Source: a virus
Taxonomy: Duplodnaviria; Caudoviricetes
DNA: 64,000 nt
IMG/VR virus record: IMGVR_UViG_3300037467_003067
Location: 192,001-256,000 of that record
Strand: one strand, 5' to 3'
A model generated the notes under the pieces. The model worked only from the letters and a program-made list of their open reading frames with translations, searched no databases and was not told where the DNA came from. The translations under genes were made by a program, and so were the position numbers. The first letter of the stretch is position 1. Every line of letters starts with the position of its first letter. Shown here one piece after another: positions 45,295 to 54,177 of the stretch.

Positions 45295-46497
45295 TTAAAG
45301 GGATTTTAAAGGGATTAGTTTTTCTAGTTCGGTCTTAGAAATCTGCGTATTGCCAGTGAGGCACTTAATGAGATCGGAAGTTTCACGCGAACGAAGTTGG
45401 TCACAAATATCGTTATAATATTTTATATCTTTACACTTATTATGGGTGATGACATTCACGTGGTTCTCGGCGAGGAACTCGAAATCCTCGTCCACCACCG
45501 CTGCCCTGAGTGTCCCGCCATTCACCTTGCCCGTAATCCTGTTGACCAGGATCGCTGGTCCTTTTTGTACGGCAAACTTGTTGCCATGCCGGAAGAACTG
45601 AGGCTTCTTATCCTTGGCAACGATCGCCCCGCTGTCGTCGATGTTGTGCGCCCAGACCAGGAATGAGGTGTCGTCTCCTCGCTCCGACGCCAGTCTTTCC
45701 TTGTGCTGGTTCCAGACGACTTGACCAGTCTTGACCTTGAATCCATAATCACTCAACGTCTCCTTGCCCTTGAAGGCTTGCTGGAGATGATGGGCGTCTT
45801 CCGAGAAGATCAAAAGGTCATCTTTCTGGAAGATATAACTATTCCGTTTGATTCCTTTCTGGAGGATCAAAACCATGACAGATTGTTGGGCGTCCTGGAA
45901 GGCGTCCGACGAGTAGACTTTCAGGAAGTAAATCCCGGCTTGGTCCACGATGTACTGACGGAGTTTGCGGAAGTAGGCTCCGTTATTCATCGAGGGCGGG
46001 ATGACGAATGCCAGGTAGCCCCCTTCCTTCAGGGCATCCAAGCCGACCTTGAGGAAGAGCGAATAGATGTTCGCCCTCCCCGAGATCACGTCGGAAAAAC
46101 GGTCCTGAAGGGTTTCCTCAAGGTCGTACATTTCGAAGTACGGCGGGTTGCCGACCACGAGGTCGTAATGGTCCTTGGGGAATTCGCTCCTCAGGGTGTC
46201 TGTGTTTTGGACCGATACATTGGGGTTGTTTCCGAATCGTTCTTTTAAAATATGACAGAGGTTTGGATCGATTTCGGTTGCATCTACCAAGGCATCGGGA
46301 TAGAGGTCTAAAAGGTCCTTGACGAACTCACCAGTCCCAGCGGATGGCTCCCATATCCTCGGTTGTTCGAGGGCGGGAAGCCGCTCAGTAATCTCTTGTC
46401 TCAATGACTTCTTAGTGAAATACTGACCTAATTCTTTCCGGTGGGAAAGGGTCGTATTCTGATAGTAAGAAAGCGAATAATTACTTAGCTCGGACAT
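45295..46497 (-). CDS. N6-adenine DNA methyltransferase (gamma, TaqI/Eco57I-like)
   Basis: LGQYFT, EPSAGTG, GNPPY. Confidence 0.9.
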   Translation of the reverse strand: MSELSNYSLSYYQNTTLSHRKELGQYFTKKSLRQEITERLPALEQPRIWEPSAGTGEFVKDLLDLYPDALVDATEIDPNLCHILKERFGNNPNVSVQNTDTLRSEFPKDHYDLVVGNPPYFEMYDLEETLQDRFSDVISGRANIYSLFLKVGLDALKEGGYLAFVIPPSMNNGAYFRKLRQYIVDQAGIYFLKVYSSDAFQDAQQSVMVLILQKGIKRNSYIFQKDDLLIFSEDAHHLQQAFKGKETLSDYGFKVKTGQVVWNQHKERLASERGDDTSFLVWAHNIDDSGAIVAKDKKPQFFRHGNKFAVQKGPAILVNRITGKVNGGTLRAAVVDEDFEFLAENHVNVITHNKCKDIKYYNDICDQLRSRETSDLIKCLTGNTQISKTELEKLIPLKSL

Positions 46498-46528
46498 GAT
46501 TTATTTATTATACCATTTATTATGATTG

Positions 46529-47929
46529 TTACAAGGTCAAAAACCCAGAGATCAGATTTTCTACTTGATCGCATTGGTCATATTTTATTTCTAGGAATCG
46601 TATGTTGTTTTCGTGACAAAATTTCTTCTTTATAGCATCTCGAAGTTGAATTTTCCTCAAACCTTCTGACCCTTTCCAGGCATCGATTGGTTCATAGTGT
46701 TGTATACCTTGGTACTCTATCAGTCCAATTAGAAACCCTTCTTCATTGAAAATTGCGAAATCAAAAGGCAATGGCAGTATATTTTTACACTTGGGTATTT
46801 TATATTCTTCGGAATATGGAATTTGTTTACTATCTAAAAAATACTTTATTTTATTTTCACCTTTTGATTTACGGCAACAGGGGCAGCCTCTATTTCTAGA
46901 TGTTCTGCTGCCTATTGAAGCATGCCAATAATGAGTTTTTTCCTTGGAACACTTCCACCAGACCTTTATACCAGATCCAGCACTTACATTGGTAGGTTTA
47001 AAATCTCCATTTCTTTCCCAATCCCATTCTTCGCTTAGTTCTGGGTGGGTGGTTAAAAGGCAATTTGAATTTACCACCTGATGTCCACTACAGCAAGAAC
47101 ATCCATGGTTGAGAATTGCTATATTGTAGATTGCAGCTTTGTATCTGTGATCTGACTCTACATCGCACTTCCACCAAACTTTTCTAGGCGTCCTAGCAGG
47201 CACATCTTTAGGAGTCAATCCTTTATTTCTGTCAAAGTCCCATCTAGAAATCATGTCTGGGTGTGTTGTTTCCAAACAATTAGAATCATCTATCTTTTTA
47301 TTGACACAATATGGACAATTACTTCCGTTTGTTCTGTTTTTTACTTGGACTTCCCATGTATGATCTGAATTAATTCTACATTTCCAAAATACACGCTTAT
47401 CACTATGTGGAGTTACATCAAAAGGAGTAAATTCATTCTTATCGTAGTCCCATTCATCCAAAAGATCCGGACGCATTGTGGCAAAACAATTAGACCTAAC
47501 AACTTTATAACCTTTACAACAAGGGCATCCTATATTGTTGGTTGCAATCCCTCTAAGGACCGATACAGTTCTCGCTTCCCATTTATGATCGTCAGCCTTA
47601 TCGCATTTCCACTTGATCTTTTTATTTGAAGATCTTGTAACATCAAAAGGTGTAATCTCATTTTCTTCATGATCCCAAAACTCCAAAACCTCGGGATTAG
47701 TGGTAGCAACACAATTTGAAAACGAAGCCTTTTGCCCAACACAGAAAGGGCATTTGCTTTTTTGGTGAACTCGGCTATGCATAGAAGATTGCCAGCGATG
47801 GTCAAAAAATACATCACATTTCCACCATATTTTTTGACCATCTTTGACATGGGTTTCGCAAGGATTAATACCAGAGTTGGCTTCGTAGTCAAATTCAGCT
47901 AAGAGAGTTGGATAATTAGAAATTAACAT
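46529..47929 (-). CDS. Zinc-ribbon repeat protein with C-terminal endonuclease domain
   Basis: Five WWKC..H.W..CP.C repeats; LPFDF, IEYQGIQHY; AT-rich. Confidence 0.8.
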   Translation of the reverse strand: MLISNYPTLLAEFDYEANSGINPCETHVKDGQKIWWKCDVFFDHRWQSSMHSRVHQKSKCPFCVGQKASFSNCVATTNPEVLEFWDHEENEITPFDVTRSSNKKIKWKCDKADDHKWEARTVSVLRGIATNNIGCPCCKGYKVVRSNCFATMRPDLLDEWDYDKNEFTPFDVTPHSDKRVFWKCRINSDHTWEVQVKNRTNGSNCPYCVNKKIDDSNCLETTHPDMISRWDFDRNKGLTPKDVPARTPRKVWWKCDVESDHRYKAAIYNIAILNHGCSCCSGHQVVNSNCLLTTHPELSEEWDWERNGDFKPTNVSAGSGIKVWWKCSKEKTHYWHASIGSRTSRNRGCPCCRKSKGENKIKYFLDSKQIPYSEEYKIPKCKNILPLPFDFAIFNEEGFLIGLIEYQGIQHYEPIDAWKGSEGLRKIQLRDAIKKKFCHENNIRFLEIKYDQCDQVENLISGFLTL

Positions 47930-49353
47930 TAAAAATCTATCTCATCTTTAATTGTAACTTCATGTCCTTCTTCTCTGAGTATTTTCACTCTATGGACACT
48001 GTGCTTGGTTAGGTATTCATTTATATGAAAAAAGAAGTCGTAGTAATTTAAAACTTCTTTATCATTAGCTTTACGTAAGCCTCGTCCTAATCGTTGTATC
48101 AGAAGATGGTCAGCCTTACTTGAAGCACAACAAATTAGATTGTGTACAAATACATTGATACCAGCCGAGATAAGTTTCTGTTGAACTATACATACGCAAT
48201 TCTTAGACTTCTGTAAGAGTTCTATGACTTCCTTGCGAGAATCGGCATTATCTTTGCCAAAAACCCAATGAGATCCTGGAATGAGTTGATTGAGCATTTC
48301 ACCTTGAGCAACTCGCTCCACAATAATTAAGGTTCGACCTTTTAACTTCTTGGCTAATCGAGCAACGGTCTTATTGAAGTATATGCTTTCGGCTATTCCT
48401 AATGTCACAGCATCCATGTAGGTTTCATACGGAAGTTGCGGTTCGTCGATTGGATAGAAGACACAATTGGTCGGAGACAATGTTCCTCTTTCCTGAAGTT
48501 CTTTGGTGGTTAAAATTCTTCCCTGATATTTAACTACAGGACCAAAAAACCCTTTAGTCTCAAGTTTTTGACATTTATCGGTTTCTCCAAATTTGAAAGG
48601 AGTTGCCGATATGCCAACTCGAACTGAGGCTCGGGTCATTTGCCTATAGACATCCCTCGGCTTCTTGCTCATCATATCGTGGACTTCATCCACGATCAAG
48701 GCTCGGAAATGAGGCAGTAGGCTCTGGATCTTGTGAGTTGAATCGATGTTCGCGACGGTGATTATATTAGGGCAAAAATCCTTCTTCTTACTTCCTATAC
48801 ACTTGCCCAATCCTTCGAAACCCCAAGCGGCGATATCTTCGTATAATTGGTGGGTCAAATCCGTGGACTTGGTCATTACCAAGGTCGGAGTTTTAGGAGG
48901 TAAATTCTTTAATATCCCAACAAGCACCCAGGACTTACCTGCACCTGTCGGCGCACGAACAATACATCGCTTGGTCTTGGCAACTTGGTTGATATAATCA
49001 ACTTGGTAGTCATGTAAAGTAACAGGATTGCGACCCGGCTGGAGCCATTGGTTCAGGAATTGGTCGTCGATATTATCGGAAATAAACGAAATTATATCTC
49101 GTTCATCTATAATGTGATAAGGGACGGATTTAAATTTGAGTGCGAGTTGAATCTCAGGAAGGAGACCGGTCAAGAAACGACCAGTTTCTCTCTTGTAAAA
49201 ATCTATGTTGCCATCCCATTTCTTTTGTTTGTATAAAGGACTAAAGAAATAACCCTTCTGTTTGGCTCTCAGAGCCTTCCAGAGAAGCGTCTTCAGTTCC
49301 TCGTTATCGCTGTTTAACCAAGAATAATTATTTTGTAATTTTAATGTAGTCAT
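47929..49353 (-). CDS. UvsW-like SF2 DNA helicase
   Basis: LHDYQ, APTGAGKS, VDEVH, SATP, QRLGRGLR. Confidence 0.9.
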   Translation of the reverse strand: MTTLKLQNNYSWLNSDNEELKTLLWKALRAKQKGYFFSPLYKQKKWDGNIDFYKRETGRFLTGLLPEIQLALKFKSVPYHIIDERDIISFISDNIDDQFLNQWLQPGRNPVTLHDYQVDYINQVAKTKRCIVRAPTGAGKSWVLVGILKNLPPKTPTLVMTKSTDLTHQLYEDIAAWGFEGLGKCIGSKKKDFCPNIITVANIDSTHKIQSLLPHFRALIVDEVHDMMSKKPRDVYRQMTRASVRVGISATPFKFGETDKCQKLETKGFFGPVVKYQGRILTTKELQERGTLSPTNCVFYPIDEPQLPYETYMDAVTLGIAESIYFNKTVARLAKKLKGRTLIIVERVAQGEMLNQLIPGSHWVFGKDNADSRKEVIELLQKSKNCVCIVQQKLISAGINVFVHNLICCASSKADHLLIQRLGRGLRKANDKEVLNYYDFFFHINEYLTKHSVHRVKILREEGHEVTIKDEIDF

Positions 49354-49450
49354 AATTAACGCCCATTACTTGCGTCATTATACCATAGAAGGCACAACGA
49401 CACAAGTAATGGGCGGTGATATTTTATATTTTGGTCTAAATCAACAAATA

Positions 49451-49720
49451 TTACTGTCTGTTGAAGACCCTGATCGGATCGATAGAAGACGTGCCCTCGG
49501 AGTCAGTGACCTCACGCATACGGGTCGTAGTGCTGACAGGTTTTGTGTAGTAGATCCACTCGCCAGCGTCGGCGAATCGGTAGACCTTGACGCCATCGTG
49601 CTCGAAGAGCAGTTCAGCCGTATAGTCCTTGTTCGTGGTCTCGCCGACGGACTGCGCCTTTCTCTGGTCGCAACCGGTCAGCAGAAGCAACAGCATCGCA
49701 CCGCAAATCAGCTTCTTCAT
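49451..49720 (-). CDS. Small lipoprotein (DUF4884-like)
   Basis: Lipobox LTGC; LLFEHDGVKVYRF. Confidence 0.7.
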   Translation of the reverse strand: MKKLICGAMLLLLLTGCDQRKAQSVGETTNKDYTAELLFEHDGVKVYRFADAGEWIYYTKPVSTTTRMREVTDSEGTSSIDPIRVFNRQ

Positions 49721-49730
49721 CTCAATTCCC

Positions 49731-50591
49731 TCAGTTGGAGTGATCGGACATCAAAAGAGTCAAACACTTGCAGGCACCACCCGACTTCATGAACTGGTCC
49801 ATAGGCGTACTGTACGTCTTGAACCCGTAGAACGTCGTCAGATGGCTTTCGACGGCTTCACAGCCGCTCGGGAGGATGACGTGGATGGAATCTCCATCCC
49901 GCATCGCTACCGCATTACAGGCGAACCGCTTCGCTTCTTGGTCATCGACCGGGACGAATCGGAATCCCGGAGCGTTCTTCGGAACATCCGTCGTCGGGAG
50001 TTTGATCTTGCTAAACGAGTTCAGGGTCTCGGGCGAGAACGCTCCGGGGTGATACAAGATCGTGTCATCGTCCAGCGGACAGAAACACGTATCGAGATGG
50101 TAGAAGTAAGGATCAATCAGGTCGCACAAAATCAAACTACGAAGTCCCAAGAAATCCATGATATCATGGGCGACTCGCTTATTGGTCCTGAATCCAGTCC
50201 CTAGGAACAAGGTGTCCTTGACCACGAAGGCATCCCCAGCACCTTCGAAGTGGACCTCTGGTACGAAGACATCATATCCCTGGTCCTGGAAGAACTTCTT
50301 GAAGTGCTTTTCCTCCTGCTGGCGTTCGGCGTGCTTGAACCGAGAAAGTACGACTTTGTTGTTGTGGAAGAGACCGGCGTTGGCTGTGAAGCAGAGGTCG
50401 GGGAGGTTGGGAATCGGTTCGACATATTCCACGTAGCTACCCAGCCGTAGGATCAAGTGATGGAGGTCGATCCACTGCTTGATTGCGGCGGCGTTGTTGG
50501 GCTTATTCTTCTCGGGGTCCATCCAGGGGTTGATGGTGTAGGTCACATCGAAGTAACTCGGACGGCACATCAAAAGCTTACGATTAAACAT
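49731..50591 (-). CDS. Amidinotransferase/DDAH family (pentein) enzyme
   Basis: INPWM, FTANAG, FEGAGD, FYHLDT, KSGGACKCL. Confidence 0.9.
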   Translation of the reverse strand: MFNRKLLMCRPSYFDVTYTINPWMDPEKNKPNNAAAIKQWIDLHHLILRLGSYVEYVEPIPNLPDLCFTANAGLFHNNKVVLSRFKHAERQQEEKHFKKFFQDQGYDVFVPEVHFEGAGDAFVVKDTLFLGTGFRTNKRVAHDIMDFLGLRSLILCDLIDPYFYHLDTCFCPLDDDTILYHPGAFSPETLNSFSKIKLPTTDVPKNAPGFRFVPVDDQEAKRFACNAVAMRDGDSIHVILPSGCEAVESHLTTFYGFKTYSTPMDQFMKSGGACKCLTLLMSDHSN

Positions 50592-51564
50592 AAATTGTCT
50601 CTTGAGAAATACGGGCATTCGCTTCTGTCACGTAGTTCTGGCAGAGTTCGAAGCCGATGAACTTTCGGTCGCAGTTCAGGGCAGCCAAGCCTGTGGTTCC
50701 CGATCCCATGAAGGGGTCGAGGACGATCCCGTTCTCCGGGGTCGTGATACGGATGAACCGCTCCACGATCTCCTGGGGATAGATGGCAGGGTGCTTGCCG
50801 CCTGCACACGATCCCACGGCAGTTTCGATGACATCTTTATGCATCTTCCTTCCGTGGATTTTGATAATTGTATAACCTTGATTATTGATCTGATTGAGAC
50901 GCCCTCCCGGTTGCCCGCCGAACGGCAGCGAGTGGATTCCGCGTATCTTCATGCGGAACCCGGCTATGCTCCCGCTGAGGACGTCCTCGATGGTCTGAGA
51001 CAGGGCATTCTTGGCATTTGCCTTCTCTTCATGGGAAAGTCCCGAGGTTTCGATCAGGTCAAAGTATTTCTGCCCTACGTTCTTGCCGACCGGCTTGACT
51101 TCATTCTGATCGTAGTAGGACGGATCGTAGTGATACTTCTTATCCTTGACAAAATGAAAGAACGGTTCGGTTGAGGAGACCATCCGTTTCTGAAATTGCC
51201 GAGGCGTCGGATTAGATTTTACCCAAGTCACGTTATTGATCAAGGTCGATTTCGGCACATTCCGGGCACGGAGGGCGAATTGGAACGGCACGAGTAGCAA
51301 CGAGCCGTCCTGGTATTTATCACCTAAATTGAAGACGACACTCCCGGTGGGCTTGATCACTCGGAGGCATTCCTTGAAGACGGTGATGAGGTTGCCGAGG
51401 TAATCGTCCAGGTTGGTTTCCCTGCCGATCTCGTCGGGATTGTCGTAGAACCGCTGGTTGAAGTAGGGGGGGCTGGTAATGACGAGGTCGATCGAGTCGT
51501 CTTCGAGTTGCGATAAGAGGTCTATGCAATTCCCTTGCGTTACCCTGTTAATCAATGCGTTCAT
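50584..51564 (-). CDS. N4/N6 DNA methyltransferase (beta class)
   Basis: TSPPY, HPA, LDPFMGSGTT. Confidence 0.92.
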   Translation of the reverse strand: MNALINRVTQGNCIDLLSQLEDDSIDLVITSPPYFNQRFYDNPDEIGRETNLDDYLGNLITVFKECLRVIKPTGSVVFNLGDKYQDGSLLLVPFQFALRARNVPKSTLINNVTWVKSNPTPRQFQKRMVSSTEPFFHFVKDKKYHYDPSYYDQNEVKPVGKNVGQKYFDLIETSGLSHEEKANAKNALSQTIEDVLSGSIAGFRMKIRGIHSLPFGGQPGGRLNQINNQGYTIIKIHGRKMHKDVIETAVGSCAGGKHPAIYPQEIVERFIRITTPENGIVLDPFMGSGTTGLAALNCDRKFIGFELCQNYVTEANARISQETIYV

Positions 51565-51566
51565 GC

Positions 51567-51845
51567 TTAATCAAATCCACCCATATTATAGCTTTCGCCG
51601 GTCGCAATGTCGACCAGGTCGCCGACTGTCCCGTTGCCCTGTGCGATCCGGTTCAGGATTTCTTGCTGCTGGGGCGGGCTGAGGTTCTGGAACTCCGAGG
51701 TATGTACCAGGCGGTTGGTGTCGAACCCTTTGAGGTTCTTGCTCAGACCGTCCTGGTTCTTGTCGAGGGACCATATCCCCAAGAAAAACCGTTCCCAATA
51801 GTCATGATTACGTTCGATAGTTTCGAGCCAGAGAGAAAATTTCAT
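51567..51845 (-). CDS. Hypothetical protein, possible virion-internal protein
   Basis: MKFSLWLE N-terminus; TATATA upstream. Confidence 0.7.
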   Translation of the reverse strand: MKFSLWLETIERNHDYWERFFLGIWSLDKNQDGLSKNLKGFDTNRLVHTSEFQNLSPPQQQEILNRIAQGNGTVGDLVDIATGESYNMGGFD

Positions 51846-51857
51846 AATAGGTATATA

Positions 51858-52277
51858 TCAGTCCCATTCGTCGTCTTCGTCGTATTCTTCCTGATCATCG
51901 GTATATGCTAGAAAGATCACGATGCAGATGTAGAACACGAGGCAAGGGATCGCCAGCCAAGAAGGACCGTATCGCAAGATCAGTAATCGCCATAAAGTGA
52001 CCAAGAAGAAGATCCAGTTGAGCGAGTTAAAGACCCATGTTTGGAGGAATGAAACTGCAGGATATTTGTCCTTGATGAAGATCACGAAGGGGTCTTCGGC
52101 GTAATTTTCATCATCGATCTTCTTGAATTCGAGATGATCGGCGATTGTGATAACCAAGGAGAAAATGACCAGTAGATAGAAGAAAACATCTCTGAATTTG
52201 TCTGTGTTGCCGAAGACGACTGCCATATTGGCAAATATCAATGCGCAACGAGACAGCAGGGTAAAAGTATTTTCCAT
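51858..52277 (-). CDS. Four-TM membrane protein
   Basis: Hydrophobic segments, acidic tail. Confidence 0.65.
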   Translation of the reverse strand: MENTFTLLSRCALIFANMAVVFGNTDKFRDVFFYLLVIFSLVITIADHLEFKKIDDENYAEDPFVIFIKDKYPAVSFLQTWVFNSLNWIFFLVTLWRLLILRYGPSWLAIPCLVFYICIVIFLAYTDDQEEYDEDDEWD

Positions 52278-52353
52278 GCGAAAAACTCCATCCTTGGATT
52301 TTGAAAAACTCTTTCCTGAGTATAGCACAGTTCCGGCAAAACTAAAAGAGATT

Positions 52354-53364
52354 TTAGGTCGACGCTATACCACTGAGCTTCAATGGTTCGGGCAATATTC
52401 GATTTAGAAAATCGAATAACAAACTAGGTATATTATCAATTTCTGTATATGGTATTTCAAGTAATTGAATATCATTGAATTGGCAATATTCTCTTTTTAT
52501 TTGATCTTTTATTTGTCTGCTGCGGAACGATTTATAACCTCCGAAAAATTTAATTGATTCAAAGTGTTGCGCCCCATGATATTCAATGGTCGCCATTGGC
52601 GTATTTTCAGCAGATAAAATCATGAAATCAAATGGCAAGGGTCGGCGATAGCGACAATCGCTGATTCGGAATTCCCTTTGGAAGCTTATGTCCCAATCTT
52701 CTAGCAATTTCGTTATAGTGATTTCGCCTTTAGATTTACGGCAAATGGGACACCCATGTAATTTGGAACGAGTGTATAAAACAGATTCCCATTCATGATT
52801 TCGCTCACATATCCACCAAATTTTTTTGGATGACGAGTGAGTAACTTGGTCCGCTGTAAGATTTCCATTTTTGGTAGGGTGCCATGTAGCAGCAATATGA
52901 GGATGGGTGCTTGACAAAGATGTAGATTTTACAACAGTTTTGCTTCTGCATATGCTACAGCCACGTCCGTTAGAACGATTATTCACAGTGGAAAGCCATT
53001 CGTGGTCTGGACCTTTATCGCACTTCCACCAAAATTTCTTGCCAGAGTGCGGAGTGATGTCGTTGGGAGTAATAGGATGGTTCTTGATAGGATGCCAGGT
53101 AGTAGCTATATCAGGTCTTAAAGTAGCTAGAGAAGTAGAAGGAACGACGGTAAAACCCCTACATACGCTACATCCTCCGCCTCTTAACGCAGTTCTTTTT
53201 TCTACTGCGGCGAGCCATTCGTGGTCTGGACCTTTATCACACTTCCACCAAAGTTTTTTGGCACTTTTGTGCGATATTTTTGATGGGTCTATGATGCCAT
53301 TTTTTATTGGATGTAATTGGGATACAAGAGAGGGATAATCAGATAATTTACTTTTTATAATCAT
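52354..53364 (-). CDS. Zinc-ribbon repeat protein with C-terminal endonuclease domain
   Basis: Three WWKC..HEW repeats; LPFDF, IEYHGAQHF. Confidence 0.8.
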   Translation of the reverse strand: MIIKSKLSDYPSLVSQLHPIKNGIIDPSKISHKSAKKLWWKCDKGPDHEWLAAVEKRTALRGGGCSVCRGFTVVPSTSLATLRPDIATTWHPIKNHPITPNDITPHSGKKFWWKCDKGPDHEWLSTVNNRSNGRGCSICRSKTVVKSTSLSSTHPHIAATWHPTKNGNLTADQVTHSSSKKIWWICERNHEWESVLYTRSKLHGCPICRKSKGEITITKLLEDWDISFQREFRISDCRYRRPLPFDFMILSAENTPMATIEYHGAQHFESIKFFGGYKSFRSRQIKDQIKREYCQFNDIQLLEIPYTEIDNIPSLLFDFLNRILPEPLKLSGIAST

Positions 53365-53382
53365 AGTGTATATAATTTTACC

Positions 53383-54168
53383 ATGAAATATCTAGGATTC
53401 AAGACTTATATGGAAACATTGGCAAATTATGGTGTTGATCGCAGGATCAAAGACCGTAATGAAGAGCAAAGACCAGAAAAAGAGAATCCTATTAATTTTT
53501 TTGACCTCGAATACATGCGAGATATGCTCTGCGAGCGGATGCTTGGCGAGATGCATCCATTCAGCCGGTTCGTCAATGAGGTCCAGTGGGGCGATGGTCC
53601 TGGTGCGTTAAGATTCAACATCGATCCCAAGACCGGAGTGTACATCGAACGGTTGGGCGTGGACCTAAGCGGCGAGAAGCGATGGTGTACGAAGAAGTAT
53701 TTCCAGATCAATCGGCACGGTTATGGCGGTTTCGAGGAAGTGGTAACTCAAGAGTTGTTCGACCACCTCCAGGAGATATACAAGGACCCTATGGATTCGC
53801 CATCGGCAGATTATCGCGACTTGAAGATGTTGGTGATCAACATGGCGGAACGGCTCCGCAAGGAGGCGAGACCGCTGTTCCTGTTCGATCGGATTGCCAA
53901 GATGGACGAGAACCGCTACTTGATCTGTTTCAATGTGCGCGGGCAGGGAGTCCAGGCACCGGGGCAGACACGGATCGAAAAGAACGTCACGGACGTGAAC
54001 TACTATCCGAACGAGGGTTATATTCGGGTGATCAATTACAACTACGAATCGCCCTTGGGAGAACACAAGTGGGAGGTCTCGGGACCGGACATGAACCTGT
54101 TCTACTTCCCCACCCAATCGCGGGACGAGATCATCGACCCGGTTGCGACCAATCTAAGGTTCTATTGA
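53383..54168 (+). CDS. Hypothetical protein
   Basis: MKYLGFKTYME N-terminus; long ORF. Confidence 0.75.
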   Translation: MKYLGFKTYMETLANYGVDRRIKDRNEEQRPEKENPINFFDLEYMRDMLCERMLGEMHPFSRFVNEVQWGDGPGALRFNIDPKTGVYIERLGVDLSGEKRWCTKKYFQINRHGYGGFEEVVTQELFDHLQEIYKDPMDSPSADYRDLKMLVINMAERLRKEARPLFLFDRIAKMDENRYLICFNVRGQGVQAPGQTRIEKNVTDVNYYPNEGYIRVINYNYESPLGEHKWEVSGPDMNLFYFPTQSRDEIIDPVATNLRFY

Positions 54169-54177
54169 GAAAGTTGG

